DNA of 64,000 bases from Macrostomum lignano (taxonomy: Eukaryota): positions 124,001 to 188,000 of the forward strand of contig NIVC01001122.1 of assembly GCA_002269645.1 (NCBI GenBank), read 5' to 3'. A program made the translations under genes and the position numbers. Below, piece by piece: positions 62,401 through 64,000 of this stretch (position 1 is its first letter; each line of letters begins with the position of its first letter). The notes beneath the pieces are model-generated. The model had not been told where the DNA came from and searched no databases. It was given only the letters and a program-made list of their open reading frames with translations.

Positions 62401-63854
62401 GGATAGGAAGGCTAGGGATAGAAAGGTTACATGTAGGGATAGAAAGGCTACATGTAGAGATAGGAAGGCTACATGTAGGGATAGAAAGGCTACATGTAGG
62501 GATAGGAAGGCTATATGGAGGGATAGGAAGGCTATATGGAGGGATAGGAAGGCTATATGGAGGGATAGGAAGGCTACATGTAGGGATAGGAAGGCTACAT
62601 GTAGGGATAGGAAGGCTATATGGAGGGATAGGAAGGCTATATGGAGGGATAGGAAGGCTACATGTAGGGATAGGAAGGCTACATGTAGGGATAGGAAGGC
62701 TACATGTAGGGATAGGAAGGCTATATGGAGGGATAGGAAGGCTATATGGAGGGACCGGAAGGCTACATGTAGGGATAGGAAGGCTACATGTAGGGATAGG
62801 AAGGCTACATGGAGGGATAGGAAGGCTATATGGAGGGACCGGAAGGCTACATGTAGGGATAGGAAGGCTACATGGAGGGATAGGAAGGCTATATGGAGGG
62901 ACCGGAAGGCTACATGGAGGGACCGGAAGGCTATTTTTATCATTAATAATCCCGTGTAATTTCAGTCTCTAACCATCGAGCTGCACGACGATCCATTCGA
63001 GCTTAACCTGAGCGAAAACTACCTGCTGATGCTGGACGAATGCCTGGAGACTGAGGAGCGAATCCTCATCGCCCAGGCCATGGCTAGACGGGCCGGCCAC
63101 CTCGATAGGGACAAACTGGCCCAGATTAGCGAGCAGCTGCACGCCCGCAAAGCCGACACATTTATTAAGCGTAAGATGAAGCTGCGCGAGTGCCCGGCTA
63201 GCCAGACTCTGATGACCTGGTCCGTCAGCCGCCTGTCCGTAGCCTGGCTGCTGGACACTTCGCTCAGAGGCCGCGGCCGGCTCCTGCAAGCGATGTCGAG
63301 CATCGATCCGTGGTCGCCGCTGCCGCCCGGCCACGAGTTCGGCACCCTCTACGGCCGGCGGCTGCTTGTTGACGCGGCCGCTTGGACTTGCCAGCTGCGC
63401 GACTATCCGGAGTGCCTGCTGCGCACTAAGGAGCTCAGCCTGCAGACTCGCCTAGTGGTGGCCGAGAGCGCGCCCAGCCCCAACTCCATCCGATTCGTCA
63501 CCGTGGAGCCTGGCAGTCCCTGGCCAAATGCCACCGTCATTCGTTGCATGCCGCCGTTGAAATTCTTCCACGACGCCCGGATGCGACTGCAGCTGGCCGA
63601 GCTGTGCTACGGATCCAACTGGCAGCCGGCTTTCGATTGGTTCAACCAGTGCTTTAATAACATCCTCAGGCCGACTAGGGACCCCAGTCCGCCCATGCCC
63701 TGGTGGGATAAATGCCGGCTGAAGTACCACGGCACTCTGGTGGCCGAGGCTAAGGAAATGGTTTGGCGCTATCACACCAGCGGAGATCCCTGCAACTCTA
63801 CGGAGTTTCTCGAACTGCGATGGTCTAACGGGGTGGACTTCGAGTGGACTAATA
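50411..63854 (+). CDS. BLTP2: Bridge-like lipid transfer protein 2 (KIAA0100/hobbit/Fmp27 family), 5' part; continues beyond the window
   Basis: join(50411-50472,51148-51271,51358-51407,51507-51711,52274-52392,52497-52587,54085-54274,55580-55806,56329-56583,58047-58685,59970-60658,60715-60934,61607-61714,62966-63854); phases consistent; N-terminal TM anchor; DDPFE..NY.LM.DE, QLRDYP, MPPLKFFHD, DPSPPMPWWDK motifs match human KIAA0100 as recalled. Confidence 0.9.
51148..51271 (+). CDS. BLTP2: BLTP2 exon 2 (LFVFYLASKLYNRLHIDLKV...NNTTV)
   Basis: attttag acceptor, GTAAGT donor, phase 2-0; resembles the KIAA0100 N-terminus. Confidence 0.8.
51358..51407 (+). CDS. BLTP2: BLTP2 exon 3 (EIKSVQITSSLWNKEA)
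   Basis: cttgtag acceptor, GTAAGT donor; compare human EIDNLWISSKL. Confidence 0.8.
51507..51711 (+). CDS. BLTP2: BLTP2 exon 4
   Basis: taccag acceptor, GTGAGT donor, phase 2-0. Confidence 0.82.
51750..52200. repeat. About 29-31-bp minisatellite (GATGAGATTAGATGAGACCAGTGTTTCAG)
   Basis: About 15 units. Confidence 0.94.
52274..52392 (+). CDS. BLTP2: BLTP2 exon 5 (FLGITVKNLHIKV...)
   Basis: cgcgcag acceptor, GTTCGC donor (weak), phase 0-2. Confidence 0.72.
52497..52587 (+). CDS. BLTP2: BLTP2 exon 6 (CNCQLQG...GQSNE); an in-frame acceptor at 52458 is also possible
   Basis: GTAAGT donor, phase 2-0. Confidence 0.7.
52617..54084. repeat. 33-bp minisatellite (ATGTGGTTGGGAGCAAGGGGTGTGGGATCAAAC)
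   Basis: About 45 units with higher-order duplications. Confidence 0.97.
54085..54274 (+). CDS. BLTP2: BLTP2 exon 7 (…QVEWNSGPQDMVRLLL…FFVTQ); 5' boundary uncertain
   Basis: GTAATT donor, phase 1 matching exon 8; the only phase-0 AG lies inside the last repeat unit. Confidence 0.65.
54390..55527. repeat. 33-bp minisatellite (CCACTGAGTGACCAGCTGGTTTGTGACAGYGGT)
   Basis: About 34 units. Confidence 0.97.
55580..55806 (+). CDS. BLTP2: BLTP2 exon 8
   Basis: atttcag acceptor, GTTCGT donor, phase 1-0. Confidence 0.8.
55826..56190. repeat. 21-bp minisatellite (GAGCTTAGTGTAGTGAGTAGC)
   Basis: About 17 units. Confidence 0.95.
56329..56583 (+). CDS. BLTP2: BLTP2 exon 9 (IDALHCEL...FEFFGD)
   Basis: GTGAGT donor; acceptor aatcaag is weak; phase 0-0. 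Confidence 0.72.
56660..57990. repeat. 31-bp minisatellite (ACTCACCTCGGTGTACACTCACCCCTACTCT), interrupted at 57789-57944
   Basis: About 36 units, plus one degenerate unit after the insertion. Confidence 0.97.
57789..57944. mobile_element. 156-bp fold-back (palindromic) MITE-like insertion
   Basis: 63-bp inverted arms with 6 mismatches, centred on AGTCACGTGACT. Confidence 0.75.
58047..58685 (+). CDS. BLTP2: BLTP2 exon 10
   Basis: tcacag acceptor, GTGAGT donor, phase 0-0. Confidence 0.82.
58732..59845. repeat. 30-bp minisatellite (GGAGGTGGAAAGTGTACATTGGAGTGTATA)
   Basis: About 36 units with variants. Confidence 0.96.
59970..60658 (+). CDS. BLTP2: BLTP2 exon 11
   Basis: atttcag acceptor, GTTAGC donor, phase 0-2. 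Confidence 0.8.
60715..60934 (+). CDS. BLTP2: BLTP2 exon 12 (…NKVYT…VRFPFEFDF…)
   Basis: Follows a 56-nt intron; compare human NRVW..VEFPYQYDF; phase 2-0. Confidence 0.88.
61005..61530. repeat. 32-bp minisatellite (GGGTGTTCACTCCGGCTGGAGGGTGTTGGGGT)
   Basis: About 16 units. Confidence 0.95.
61607..61714 (+). CDS. BLTP2: BLTP2 exon 13 (VLSTRKWLRSVH…PLGPDI)
   Basis: Compare human VQKWLKGLH..PLPPDL; GT-AG, phase 0-0. Confidence 0.88.
61940..62932. repeat. 21-bp minisatellite (GGAAGGCTACATGTAGGGATA) with 12-bp deletion variants
   Basis: About 48 units. Confidence 0.96.
62966..63854 (+). CDS. BLTP2: BLTP2 exon 14 (central conserved Fmp27-family region)
   Basis: LHDDPFELNLSENYLLMLDE, QLRDYP, MPPLKFFHD, DPSPPMPWWDK; donor GTGAGT at 63855. 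Confidence 0.93.
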
Positions 63855-63911
63855 GTGAGTTGAGCTGGAATTGATTGAGGAAGTCAAATCCTCTTCGGTA
63901 TTATCACCTCT

Positions 63912-64000
63912 CCTGTATCCGCCCTCGCCTGTATCCGCCCCTCATCTGTATCCTCCCTCACCTGTATCCGCCCCTCACCTGTATCCGCCCCTCATCTGTA
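63912..64000. repeat. 17-bp minisatellite (ATCCGCCCCTCACCTGT), runs off the window
   Basis: About 5 units visible. Confidence 0.9.

Overview
Eukaryotic (metazoan) genomic DNA. GC-rich, Ala/Gly/Gln-run-rich exons and minisatellite-stuffed introns resemble the flatworm Macrostomum, but that is an inference. Two spliced + strand genes were rebuilt by hand with phase-consistent GT-AG junctions. (1) The 3' ~2,430 codons of a dystrophin-family gene (16 exons, 7194-44620): spectrin-like repeats, WW, EF-hands, ZZ and C-terminal coiled coil, with three poly-Gln insertions and a probable internal alternative first exon at 28267-29175. (2) The 5' part of BLTP2/KIAA0100/hobbit (14 exons from 50411, running off the window). 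A near-intact, full-length LOA-like non-LTR retrotransposon (1449-6835, minus strand, 14-bp TSD) sits in a 67-bp minisatellite. Also present: a CORE-type tRNA SINE with TSD, a 3.5-kb TIR element carrying its own satellite, nested hAT-like MITEs, a palindromic MITE and about 30 unrelated tandem arrays. Most long ORFs in the supplied track are artefacts of those arrays. Leading candidates for novelty: private minisatellites inflating almost every small intron; a short dystrophin isoform with a unique N-terminus and Gln-rich periodic inserts; a retroelement inserted into a satellite whose ORF2 frameshift overlaps a UUUAAAC slippery site; and an abrupt AT-to-GC switch inside BLTP2.
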